IMG/VR virus record: IMGVR_UViG_3300003499_000007
Coordinates: 1 to 38,102 of that record
Source of the DNA: a virus
DNA length: 38,102 nt
Reading direction: 5' to 3' (one strand)
Of the stretch, positions 8,236-16,529 are shown one piece after another. The notes under the pieces were generated by a model. The model made no database searches and was not told the DNA's origin. It worked only from the letters and a program-made list of their open reading frames with translations. A program made the position numbers and the translations under genes. Position 1 is the first letter of the stretch, and the number at the start of each line of letters is the position of its first letter.

Positions 8236-8778
8236 ATGACACCTGAACAAAAAGTTGCTTTAAAAAATCACATACTTGCATCAACTGATCCAGACGTAAT
8301 AGCAGCGTTAGCGATTCGTAATGACAGTGAATTAGTTAGATTGTATAACTTACCTTCGACTTTTGTTATCTGGCGTACTGATGCTTCAAAAAGTGCGATA
8401 TTTGGTGCGATAACGTGGAAGAATCTAACTCCAGCAGATACACCAGATGGAACCCAGTTATATACTAATAGAGCGCATGCTTGCGAAGGGAAACAAATGA
8501 CATTGCAGACAATGTTAATCTCTCCCGGTATGACACTAAACATGGCAGATACATCTATTCGTGATGGAATTAAAGATTCATTGCAAAACCTACCTTCAGG
8601 AGTTGGTGGCGCACTGCTTGATGCAGGATGGGCGGCAACTAAGGCAGTATCAACTCGATTTGCTTCTGTTGTAGAGAAAATATTTACATCGGGCACTGGA
8701 ACTTCTGCTAATCCAGGAACAACAACCTATGAAGGAACAGTGAACATTACGATAATGGGAGAGGCACTAAATGGCTAA
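8236..8778 (+). CDS. Hypothetical virion-module protein
   Basis: ORF in an operon context. Confidence 0.6.
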   Translation: MTPEQKVALKNHILASTDPDVIAALAIRNDSELVRLYNLPSTFVIWRTDASKSAIFGAITWKNLTPADTPDGTQLYTNRAHACEGKQMTLQTMLISPGMTLNMADTSIRDGIKDSLQNLPSGVGGALLDAGWAATKAVSTRFASVVEKIFTSGTGTSANPGTTTYEGTVNITIMGEALNG

Positions 8779-9271
8779 CGAGTCATACATACGCAAAGGC
8801 ACTTCCGTACTATTTAATGGCGAGGCTGGAGCCGGTGTTGCTATCTCCATGGAAGGAGTTACCAATGGTGCAGGGAGGGTATCCGCTCAAAAAGATTGGG
8901 GAGCCGTCCCTAGACCAGACCGATATTCGTGGTCGTGTGAAGTACAATGGCAAGCTACACCTACACAAGGCGGTACATTAGATTTATACATAGCCACTGC
9001 TCCTGATGGGGACTCTACGCAGATTGATGGTGATGTTGGAACTACTGATGCGGCTTTAGGTGACGTAGATATGCGCCGTAACCTACGATACATTGGAAGT
9101 GTTGTTAGTGAGAATGCTGCTGCTAACGAGATATGTGTTGCCAGCGGTGAGTTTACTTGCAGCCAAAGGTATATGTCACTTGTTGGTTACAACGGCGGTG
9201 GCGCAACTATACACGCTACTGATAGCGCATTCCGGTTTGATATAGTCCCAGTTTACGATCAAGGTCAGTAA
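8771..9271 (+). CDS. Hypothetical virion-module protein
   Basis: ORF with an 8-nt overlap to the upstream gene. Confidence 0.6.
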   Translation: MANESYIRKGTSVLFNGEAGAGVAISMEGVTNGAGRVSAQKDWGAVPRPDRYSWSCEVQWQATPTQGGTLDLYIATAPDGDSTQIDGDVGTTDAALGDVDMRRNLRYIGSVVSENAAANEICVASGEFTCSQRYMSLVGYNGGGATIHATDSAFRFDIVPVYDQGQ

Positions 9272-9274
9272 TTC

Positions 9275-10891
9275 GTGGCAGGTTATTTCAAGAAGGTTAA
9301 AACGCCGTGGACTAAGCAGCCGCAAACAAATGTAACGGCACGGGATGATGTACGTCTTTCTTTTGCTGCGAATTATATTTCAAATGCAGCTCCTGATCTA
9401 GTTGGAAGAAGAATTCCAACAGTCGCTGGGGTTATTGCTGCAACTCCAGCAGGTCTTGGAGTTAAGTTATCATCCACAACTGATGCAGGGCTTGTATATA
9501 GCAGTAATCCTGTAATCCCTACAAGTAGCGCGGCATTTACCGTTATAGTCACAGGTACGTGGGCAGCAGAAGCCAGGCTATCTGACCTATTTTTCTACGG
9601 CGATGAGAGCGGAGGGAATTACCCGCAGCACTCCATTCTGCTAAACGCTGATTCGACCAATTACAACGCAGTATCGAGCGGAACCTTATCTGCGCTCACG
9701 TATGATGGCGGGTTCCAAACAACGATAAAGAGTACGGCTGGGGTTATAGATGGCCTGCCGCACACTATCGGCTGGCGTAACGGTGCTAATGCTGCGTTAT
9801 CGTTGTGGATGGATGGTAGAGACGTTTCAAGCACCAAAACTGGTGGAACGTATACGTTAGCATCAACGTATCCGCTATACGTTAACCAGACTAACGTACC
9901 TGCGAATGGAAGGGGTGTTACCAGCCCGACAAGCGGCGTGTTTGTATTTCCGCGCATTCTCTCAGACGGCGAGATGGCGTTATATACACGCAATCCATGG
10001 TTATTAATTGCCCCCCAAGAGCGTAGGGTATTTGTTAGTGTAGCTAGTAGTGGCATAACTGGTACATTCTCCGTCACTGAATCAGTTGATGTTCCAGCGA
10101 TCAGTGGTCTGGTTAATCACACTGGATCATTGGCTGTAACAGAATCGTCTGATACAACATCAATATCAGGTTCAATTGCACATTTAGGTAATCTATCAGT
10201 TACAGAGTCAAGTGATACTTTTGCTGCGTCTGGCACTGTTTCTGGCAGCGCAACAATCACTGGAAGTCTGGTAATAACTGAAATATCAGACACTGCTTCG
10301 TTAATAGGTAAGGTAGCGCATACTGGGGCACTTGTTGTTACTGAAACAGCAGATACAGTAAGTTTCAATGGTTTGGTGACACACACTGGTGCTTTAGCAG
10401 TAACTGAATCAGCAGATATTGTCGCAATAACAGGCGGTAGTCAGATCACAATAACTGGCAGTATTGCTATAACAGAATCACCTGATGTTGCTAATTTCAG
10501 GGGGCCAAGCGGAAATACATTCAGCCAAGAAGTTGAATTTAGGAAGTTCTATGTACGCAAAGGCAAAAAGATACTATTATTTGACAGCGTAGACGAGGCA
10601 GAAGAATATATTAAAGCCGAGCAAGTAGCTGAAGAAGCAATTGCCAAGGCTAAAGTATCATCTCGGCAAGAACGCAGGAAGATTAAGAAGCGTATTATTA
10701 AAGATGTACTGCCTGCTGAGTCAATTGATACAGATTGGCTTGCAGAAATGATGCAAAGATTTGCGATTAACTTTGATTTGCCTAAATTATTGGCTGAACA
10801 GGATTATAATCGCGTTATGGAAATCCATGCGATGGCTAAGGCCATGCAGGATGATGAAGATGATATAGAAATGCTGCTAATGTGGGGGTGA
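9275..10891 (+). CDS. LamG/concanavalin-A-like domain protein with seven ~22-aa repeats and an acidic helical C-terminus
   Basis: GTG start. The segment ...LSLWMDGRD...FVFPRILSDGEMALYTRNPWLLIAP is a typical LamG-like end. It is followed by the VTES-D-T repeats. Confidence 0.6.
   Translation: MAGYFKKVKTPWTKQPQTNVTARDDVRLSFAANYISNAAPDLVGRRIPTVAGVIAATPAGLGVKLSSTTDAGLVYSSNPVIPTSSAAFTVIVTGTWAAEARLSDLFFYGDESGGNYPQHSILLNADSTNYNAVSSGTLSALTYDGGFQTTIKSTAGVIDGLPHTIGWRNGANAALSLWMDGRDVSSTKTGGTYTLASTYPLYVNQTNVPANGRGVTSPTSGVFVFPRILSDGEMALYTRNPWLLIAPQERRVFVSVASSGITGTFSVTESVDVPAISGLVNHTGSLAVTESSDTTSISGSIAHLGNLSVTESSDTFAASGTVSGSATITGSLVITEISDTASLIGKVAHTGALVVTETADTVSFNGLVTHTGALAVTESADIVAITGGSQITITGSIAITESPDVANFRGPSGNTFSQEVEFRKFYVRKGKKILLFDSVDEAEEYIKAEQVAEEAIAKAKVSSRQERRKIKKRIIKDVLPAESIDTDWLAEMMQRFAINFDLPKLLAEQDYNRVMEIHAMAKAMQDDEDDIEMLLMWG
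10055..10503 (+). repeat. Seven diverged tandem coding repeats of 63-72 bp (consensus TGxLxVTESxDTxxxxG)
   Basis: Read directly from the translation and DNA of 9275..10891. Confidence 0.85.
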
Positions 10892-10892
10892 T

Positions 10893-12884
10893 ATGGCGAC
10901 ACTAGATGAATTTATGCAGGCAATGTCTGGCAAGCCTACTGCTGCAAGTAGAAGCCGTGAATTCGAGCATAAAGGGTTAAACAGGAAACCTCCAACATTG
11001 ACTGAGATACAAGAAGCAATCCGAGTTGGCCAATTACCTAGCGCGTTTAGAAGTCAAGAGCCCGGACTGCAAGGCGGCGTTCCGACCGAAACAATCACAG
11101 GATTAAATTTATCACCATTAGATTTATTTGGCACTGGTATTGGCACTAAAATAGCTGGACTTGGGGCTAAGGGAATTGGACTAGCTGGCATTTTCGCTGG
11201 TGTAAATGCTAAAACAGCGAACCTTGCTAAATTAGAATTAGCGCAAAAACTAAAACAACAAGTCGTGCCGGATAGAGAAATATACGCCAAAACAGGTTGG
11301 ACGTTTGGTTTTCCTGATAGTAAACCAAGGTTTGAGATACCGGACAATGAGGCAAGCTTAAGCGGGTTAAAATATCAGGGAAGGAGCGGCATACTGGAGA
11401 ATAGCGGAGATTTAAAAAACTCTCTTACTCATCCTGAGTTATATAAAGCATATCCAGAAACATCAAATATACAGGCGTCTATTTATCAAGGAAACCTTCC
11501 AGAGCAAGGTAGTTTTTCTAAACCAGGTATGCAGTATAACGAATATTTCCCGCAATTAACAGCGCAAGGATTAAATGCGAAATCTCCAGCACTTCACGAA
11601 CTCCAACACGCTATCCAACAGCGCGAGGGATTTGCAAGAGGGGGTAGTCCAAGAGGTGCGGCTGATGACGTGGCTGGCGAATTATTAAAGATCAATAATA
11701 GAATAAAAAAAATAGAGGGCAGCGACTCTTTATATGAAGGACGGAAAGCTATAGATAAAGCCTTTGATGATGTTATTAATGGGAGGATAACTGATAGTCA
11801 ATACAATCAGGTTATTTCTAATAATCCAATAGTTGAAGAATATACTAGGTTGCAGTCATTCCGTAGGAACGCCCCAAAAGATGGTGACGAGGCATACAAA
11901 CGCCTAGCAGGTGAAGCAGAAGCACGTCTCACCCAAGCGCGGATGAACATGACACCAGAGCAACGTGCAGCATCTTATCCGCTAGATATGTTTGATGTTC
12001 CAGTCAATGAGCAGATAGTCAGATATGACGAAGGTAATGCATTGAGTCTTCCTGCTTACAAAGGGTTTGAAATACTCTCTAAAGCAAAACAATTTCCTGT
12101 CGGGCAAACAGCAATAAAACTTAAAGATGGCACTGTATTAACTGATAATTCTCCTATTCATGCTCTGCAAATAAAAAAATTACAAGATCAAGGTATACCA
12201 ACAAGCGAAATAGAAAGCGGTGGATTTATCCGTGGTGATGGAAGTTATATAGCAGGCAGTGCTGACACGCCAAGAATAATCGAGCAAGATAGAGCTAGGA
12301 AAGCAGTAGAACAAAAGCGGTCACAACGTCTATCGTTGAGTCTGCCAAAAACTCAATACGAACTCGCCCATGAGCTGGCACAGCGTAATGCCGCACTACC
12401 TGTTGAGCAAGGTGGATTAGGATTGCTGGCTAATAACACAGCAATGGAAAGAGCAAAGGCGATGGGGTTTGATACGCCTGCTTATCATGGGACTAATCAA
12501 GATTTTGATGCATTTAATTCTTATGGATGGTCTACATCATCTCCGGTTGACGCATCAGAATATGCGAACAGAAAAACAATTTTAGAAGGTGGTAATGGAA
12601 GCGTATTACCGTTAATGGTTAGAAATAATAACCCAATGGTTATAAATTCAGATAGAGCACCATTATCAATTATTGATGACGCTACAAAAGGTGGGTACAC
12701 AGGAGTGTCTGGAAATGGATTTAATATAAATAATCCGTCAGATATTCGCTCCCGCTTTGCAGCATTTGATCCATTAAAACGCAATAGTTCAGACTTATTA
12801 GCAAGCCTATTGCCTATTACCACCACTGGATTACTTGCTAATCAATTACGTCAATCATTATGGGCTGAACCACAGCCAGATTAA
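10893..12884 (+). CDS. Multidomain protein: Gly-rich segment, HExxH metallopeptidase-like domain, C-terminal YHGT (ADP-ribosyltransferase-like) domain
   Basis: HELQH at 11595..11609 within LHELQHAIQQREGFARGG. YHGT at 12483..12494, followed by GWSTS. The architecture resembles the 'polyvalent proteins' of phages and conjugative elements. Confidence 0.55.
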   Translation: MATLDEFMQAMSGKPTAASRSREFEHKGLNRKPPTLTEIQEAIRVGQLPSAFRSQEPGLQGGVPTETITGLNLSPLDLFGTGIGTKIAGLGAKGIGLAGIFAGVNAKTANLAKLELAQKLKQQVVPDREIYAKTGWTFGFPDSKPRFEIPDNEASLSGLKYQGRSGILENSGDLKNSLTHPELYKAYPETSNIQASIYQGNLPEQGSFSKPGMQYNEYFPQLTAQGLNAKSPALHELQHAIQQREGFARGGSPRGAADDVAGELLKINNRIKKIEGSDSLYEGRKAIDKAFDDVINGRITDSQYNQVISNNPIVEEYTRLQSFRRNAPKDGDEAYKRLAGEAEARLTQARMNMTPEQRAASYPLDMFDVPVNEQIVRYDEGNALSLPAYKGFEILSKAKQFPVGQTAIKLKDGTVLTDNSPIHALQIKKLQDQGIPTSEIESGGFIRGDGSYIAGSADTPRIIEQDRARKAVEQKRSQRLSLSLPKTQYELAHELAQRNAALPVEQGGLGLLANNTAMERAKAMGFDTPAYHGTNQDFDAFNSYGWSTSSPVDASEYANRKTILEGGNGSVLPLMVRNNNPMVINSDRAPLSIIDDATKGGYTGVSGNGFNINNPSDIRSRFAAFDPLKRNSSDLLASLLPITTTGLLANQLRQSLWAEPQPD

Positions 12885-12896
12885 GATAGAGGATAT

Positions 12897-13199
12897 ATGA
12901 CAGATCATAAACTTGTACAACGCGGAATTGATGCCACTCAGGTATTAGAGAATGTGGTATTCAAAGAATCATTGGTTATATTAAAGCAAGCAGTGGTAGA
13001 CCAATGGAAAGAATGCCCAGTGCGTGATAAAGAAGGCCAGTTATTACTATTGCAATTGGCTAAATTAGCAGACAAGTTTGAGGGTATTTTAATTGGCATA
13101 GTTGAGACTGGAAAACTAGCTAAACATAAGATTGATATGAATAACTTGCGCGATGAATCGGTAGGGCGTAGAATCGTGCGAAGTGTAACAAATAGGTAG
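12897..13199 (+). CDS. Hypothetical protein
   Basis: ORF with an RBS (AGAGGA) before the ATG. Confidence 0.6.
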   Translation: MTDHKLVQRGIDATQVLENVVFKESLVILKQAVVDQWKECPVRDKEGQLLLLQLAKLADKFEGILIGIVETGKLAKHKIDMNNLRDESVGRRIVRSVTNR

Positions 13200-13281
13200 G
13201 CATTTACCTTTTAGCGAACGCAGTGATGCGCCGCATATTCCTCTAATGCCGAGAGGGGGATTTTGACTATAGGAACCCATA

Positions 13282-14247
13282 ATGGACGGACAAGCGCAAG
13301 CACCCGAATCAGGTGGATTAAATGACCTTGTTTCATTTCTGGATCAACCAGATGAGGAATCCGCAGAAGAAATTGAAGCAGACCAAGACCAAGTAGATGA
13401 ATCGGCCTCAGGCGAGGGAACCGACGATGCTACAAACGACGACAGCGACGAATCGGAAGAATCTAACAAAGAATCCGATGGAGAAGCTGCACCCGTCGAA
13501 AAGATAACCTTCAAGGTTAAAGGCGAAGATGGCGTAGAAGAAACGGTTGAGGCAACTCCCGAAGAAATCGCATCATCCTACATGCGCCAAAAGGACTACA
13601 CCAAGAAAACTCAAGCATTAGCTGCTAGAGAGCATGAAGCGGTGCAGTTCCTCACACAAAAACACGATGAAATACGCCAGAATTACATTTCACAGGCCGA
13701 ATTAACACGGGCTGCGATTGTGAACATGGCGGGTATTAGGTCGGAATCTGAAATGGCAGAACTTGCCAACAGTGACCCCGCCGCGTGGGTGGCAGAAAAC
13801 CAACGGCAGAGGCAAATAGCAGCTTATCTTAACCAGCTAGATCAGTCTATCCATAGCGAAAAGGAACAAGCCGCATTACAAGTAGAAATTGCAGAGAAAA
13901 CCCGCAAGGAGCAACTCTTTAATACTTCTTGGGCGGAACTCCAAAAAGATGGAATAGATAGGCCAAAACTGGAAGGTATCTACGGTAACGTAATTAAAAA
14001 CTACGGATTTACGCAGGAAGAACTCGCGACTGTGCTTGACCATAGGATGGTTAAAGTCATGCGAGACGCTGTTGCTTACCGTACATTGAAGTCACAAAAG
14101 GCTGATATTACCAAGAAAGTGCAATCCGCTCCGCGTATGCCAACACGACAAGCACAACCAACAAATGAACGCCGAGACCGTGAATTGGAAGCTAAATTCA
14201 AATCAGGCAAGGCAAAACTAAATGACCTAGCCGCATTTTTGCGGTAA
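13282..14247 (+). CDS. Scaffolding protein (putative)
   Basis: Highly acidic N-terminus and a helical, coiled-coil-like remainder. Lies immediately upstream of the major capsid gene. Confidence 0.6.
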   Translation: MDGQAQAPESGGLNDLVSFLDQPDEESAEEIEADQDQVDESASGEGTDDATNDDSDESEESNKESDGEAAPVEKITFKVKGEDGVEETVEATPEEIASSYMRQKDYTKKTQALAAREHEAVQFLTQKHDEIRQNYISQAELTRAAIVNMAGIRSESEMAELANSDPAAWVAENQRQRQIAAYLNQLDQSIHSEKEQAALQVEIAEKTRKEQLFNTSWAELQKDGIDRPKLEGIYGNVIKNYGFTQEELATVLDHRMVKVMRDAVAYRTLKSQKADITKKVQSAPRMPTRQAQPTNERRDRELEAKFKSGKAKLNDLAAFLR

Positions 14248-14261
14248 ATAAGGAGAATTAA

Positions 14262-15230
14262 ATGACAGTCCCAACAAACCTATATCAGAAGGCTTCCTTA
14301 AAAGGAAACCGCGAAGACCTGATCGACAAAATCTTCAATACATCCCCTAATGAAACTCCAATTACTTCAGCTATGGGGAGAGTAACTGCTGTTACTGATT
14401 ATCATGAATGGCAAACTGACTCTCTAGCTGCCGCATCCGCATCTAACAAGATGATTGACGGCGATGATGTAACTCTAGACGCTCAAACTGCAACCGTGAG
14501 GATCGGCAATCACTTGCAAATCTTTAACGGTACAGTCGGTGTTTCTCGCCGTGCAAATATTGTTAAGAAAGCAGGCAGAACGCTGGAAATGCCGTATCTT
14601 AAAGGTAAGAAAATGCTTGAGTTAAAGCGCAATATCGAAGCAATGGTATTGTCCTCAACTCAGGTTGCTATTGCCGCCACAACTTCAGTTGCTGGTCAAT
14701 CTGGTGGCTTGGGTGTGCAGTGTGTATCTAACCCGTTACATAACGGTGCTGGTGCGACTCCTGCATGGACTTCTGGTGCGCCAACTACTGCCATTACTGC
14801 TGGCACTAACCGTACCTTTACAAAAGCATTGTTGGATACTGCATGTCAAAACATCTATACCACTTCAGGCCAGTTCGCTGAAATGCTGGTTGTTTCACCT
14901 GCTCATAAAACACTGTTCTCAGCGTTTGCATCTATCGCTCAAAATCGTTATGACGTGAAGCAGAAGCAGCAAGGTGTGGTTGTAGGTGGTGCAGAAGTAT
15001 ATATGAGCGACTTCGGCGCAATATCTGTGTTGCCTCATTATCTTCTGTCTGGTGCTGATACTGCGTATGTGCTAAACACTGATTATCTTGATCTGGCCTT
15101 CTTGGACGGCTTTAAAACAGTTGATCTTGCAAAGACTGGGGATAGTGACAAAGTGTTGATTACGGCAGATTGTTGCTTAGCTGTACGCGCTCCAACAGCA
15201 CAGGCAAAGATTACTAATCTTACCCCGTAA
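14262..15230 (+). CDS. Major capsid protein
   Basis: GNREDLIDKIFNTSPNETPITSAMG...YHEWQTDSLA is the N-terminal signature I recall for a widespread HK97-fold capsid family (SU10/DUF5309-like). Position and size fit. Confidence 0.8.
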   Translation: MTVPTNLYQKASLKGNREDLIDKIFNTSPNETPITSAMGRVTAVTDYHEWQTDSLAAASASNKMIDGDDVTLDAQTATVRIGNHLQIFNGTVGVSRRANIVKKAGRTLEMPYLKGKKMLELKRNIEAMVLSSTQVAIAATTSVAGQSGGLGVQCVSNPLHNGAGATPAWTSGAPTTAITAGTNRTFTKALLDTACQNIYTTSGQFAEMLVVSPAHKTLFSAFASIAQNRYDVKQKQQGVVVGGAEVYMSDFGAISVLPHYLLSGADTAYVLNTDYLDLAFLDGFKTVDLAKTGDSDKVLITADCCLAVRAPTAQAKITNLTP

Positions 15231-15233
15231 TAA

Positions 15234-15274
15234 ACGGCTAGAGGCCGTAAAACTCCGGTGGGGTGGAATGCCCC
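15234..15274 (+). terminator. Two short hairpins after the capsid gene (possible attenuator)
   Basis: ACGGC-tagag-GCCGT and GGGG-tggaatg-CCCC followed by TCAATATTT. The stems are weak and there is no clean U tract. Confidence 0.25.
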
Positions 15275-15297
15275 TCAATATTTAACAAGGAGTCAAT

Positions 15298-15588
15298 ATG
15301 GCACTTACGATATTTGCAACTGGTATCAATATAACGACAAGCGCAACTTCTGCTGGTGCAACAATACCTAATAGACTAGACGGAACAGTGCCGTTATTTG
15401 TGCGTATTACAGCTTCTGTTGCAGCTTGTGTCAGGGTTGGTATAGGAACACAAACAGCAGTTGCCACGGATGCGGTTGTGCAGCCCGGATCACCTCTTAT
15501 TTTAGCGACAGGTAAATGTACGCACATTGCAGCAATTCAGCAATCAGCTGCTGGTGTTGTTCAGGTATCACCATGCGAGGATATTTAA
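15298..15588 (+). CDS. Small Ala/Thr/Val-rich head-associated protein (function unknown)
   Basis: AAGGAG RBS. Lies directly after the capsid gene. Confidence 0.6.
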   Translation: MALTIFATGINITTSATSAGATIPNRLDGTVPLFVRITASVAACVRVGIGTQTAVATDAVVQPGSPLILATGKCTHIAAIQQSAAGVVQVSPCEDI

Positions 15589-15589
15589 T

Positions 15590-15907
15590 ATGGAACTTGA
15601 ATCCAATGTAACCATAGATGAAGGTGTAAACGAGTACGGCATTCATAAGCAGGTTATTCTTGAAGGTGATCAGGCTGTAACAAAGCTAACTTACGATGCG
15701 CAGCCAATGCTTGAGCATGCTGCTAATCTACGGTCTTTAACTGCTGGTGATAGCTGGGGGAATGGGCATTTTGTCGGGATTGTACCAATGGCTGAAGTGG
15801 TTAGGATAAACAACACCTATCAAGGGGCGGAAGAACGCAAACGGCAAATGGTGCTTTGGCTAAAAGCAAATCCGAAGTTAGTTACATTTGAGAAATTCTT
15901 GAAATGA
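15590..15907 (+). CDS. Hypothetical virion protein
   Basis: ATG 15590 follows the upstream stop (TAATATG). The ORF-track start at 15527 lies inside the previous gene. Confidence 0.6.
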   Translation: MELESNVTIDEGVNEYGIHKQVILEGDQAVTKLTYDAQPMLEHAANLRSLTAGDSWGNGHFVGIVPMAEVVRINNTYQGAEERKRQMVLWLKANPKLVTFEKFLK

Positions 15908-16521
15908 CATACACAACGCTCAAAGCTGATATTGCCAGTTATCTGCACAGGGATAATTTGACGACACAAATACCAACATTCATTGAGTTGGCAGAGTCGT
16001 ATCTGTTCCGAGAGTTGAACGTGCAAGAGTTGCAAACTTCTGTTACAGGCACAACTATTGCTGGTGGGTACGTCACTCTACCTGCTGATTTTGGGTCGAT
16101 TGCGCGAATTACTGTTACGGAAGGCTCGTGGACTACTAACTTGGATTATATGGCTGTACCGGATGTTTCATCGACGGTACAAGTTCACCCTCAATTTTAT
16201 TCGTTAGAGAATAATCAAATCAGAATTATAGGCGCGGGTGCTGACCAAGCATACACGTTATTCTATACGCCAGATATTCAGCCATTGTCTGATACAGTTA
16301 CAACTAATTGGGTTCTTGATAACGCAAAAGAATTATACCTTTACGCCTCATGTCTGGAAGCTGCCAGATACCTTAGAGATGCGGCTGAAATTAATTTATT
16401 GTCGCCGATCGTTTCATTGGCTTTAGAATCTGCCAAGCGGTTTGCTGAAAGACGCAGCCAACCTTTTGTTGGGTCACTTCGGATAAGGCCGCGCGGTGTA
16501 TTTTCTTGGTTTGGACGCTAA
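15904..16521 (+). CDS. Putative head-tail adaptor/completion protein
   Basis: 4-nt overlap with the upstream gene. Function guessed from its position relative to P22 gp4 only. Confidence 0.5.
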   Translation: MTYTTLKADIASYLHRDNLTTQIPTFIELAESYLFRELNVQELQTSVTGTTIAGGYVTLPADFGSIARITVTEGSWTTNLDYMAVPDVSSTVQVHPQFYSLENNQIRIIGAGADQAYTLFYTPDIQPLSDTVTTNWVLDNAKELYLYASCLEAARYLRDAAEINLLSPIVSLALESAKRFAERRSQPFVGSLRIRPRGVFSWFGR

Positions 16522-16529
16522 GCTGAATA

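Noticed and set aside
8268-10386. Antisense ORFs 8268..8696, 9661..10077 and 10117..10386
   Set aside because: They lie fully inside well-supported + strand structural genes, have no RBS, and the last one mirrors the tandem coding repeats.
10055-10503. CRISPR-like array (regular repeats), also considered for the terminal CAGATA tracts
   Set aside because: The 63-72-bp units are contiguous, diverged and in frame within a protein, with no repeat-spacer alternation. The CAGATA tracts are simple microsatellites inside a gene.
13214-13220. Isolated eighth copy of the iteron core CGAACGC in the gap before the scaffold gene
   Set aside because: A single 7-mer is expected by chance several times in this window, and there is no phased partner.
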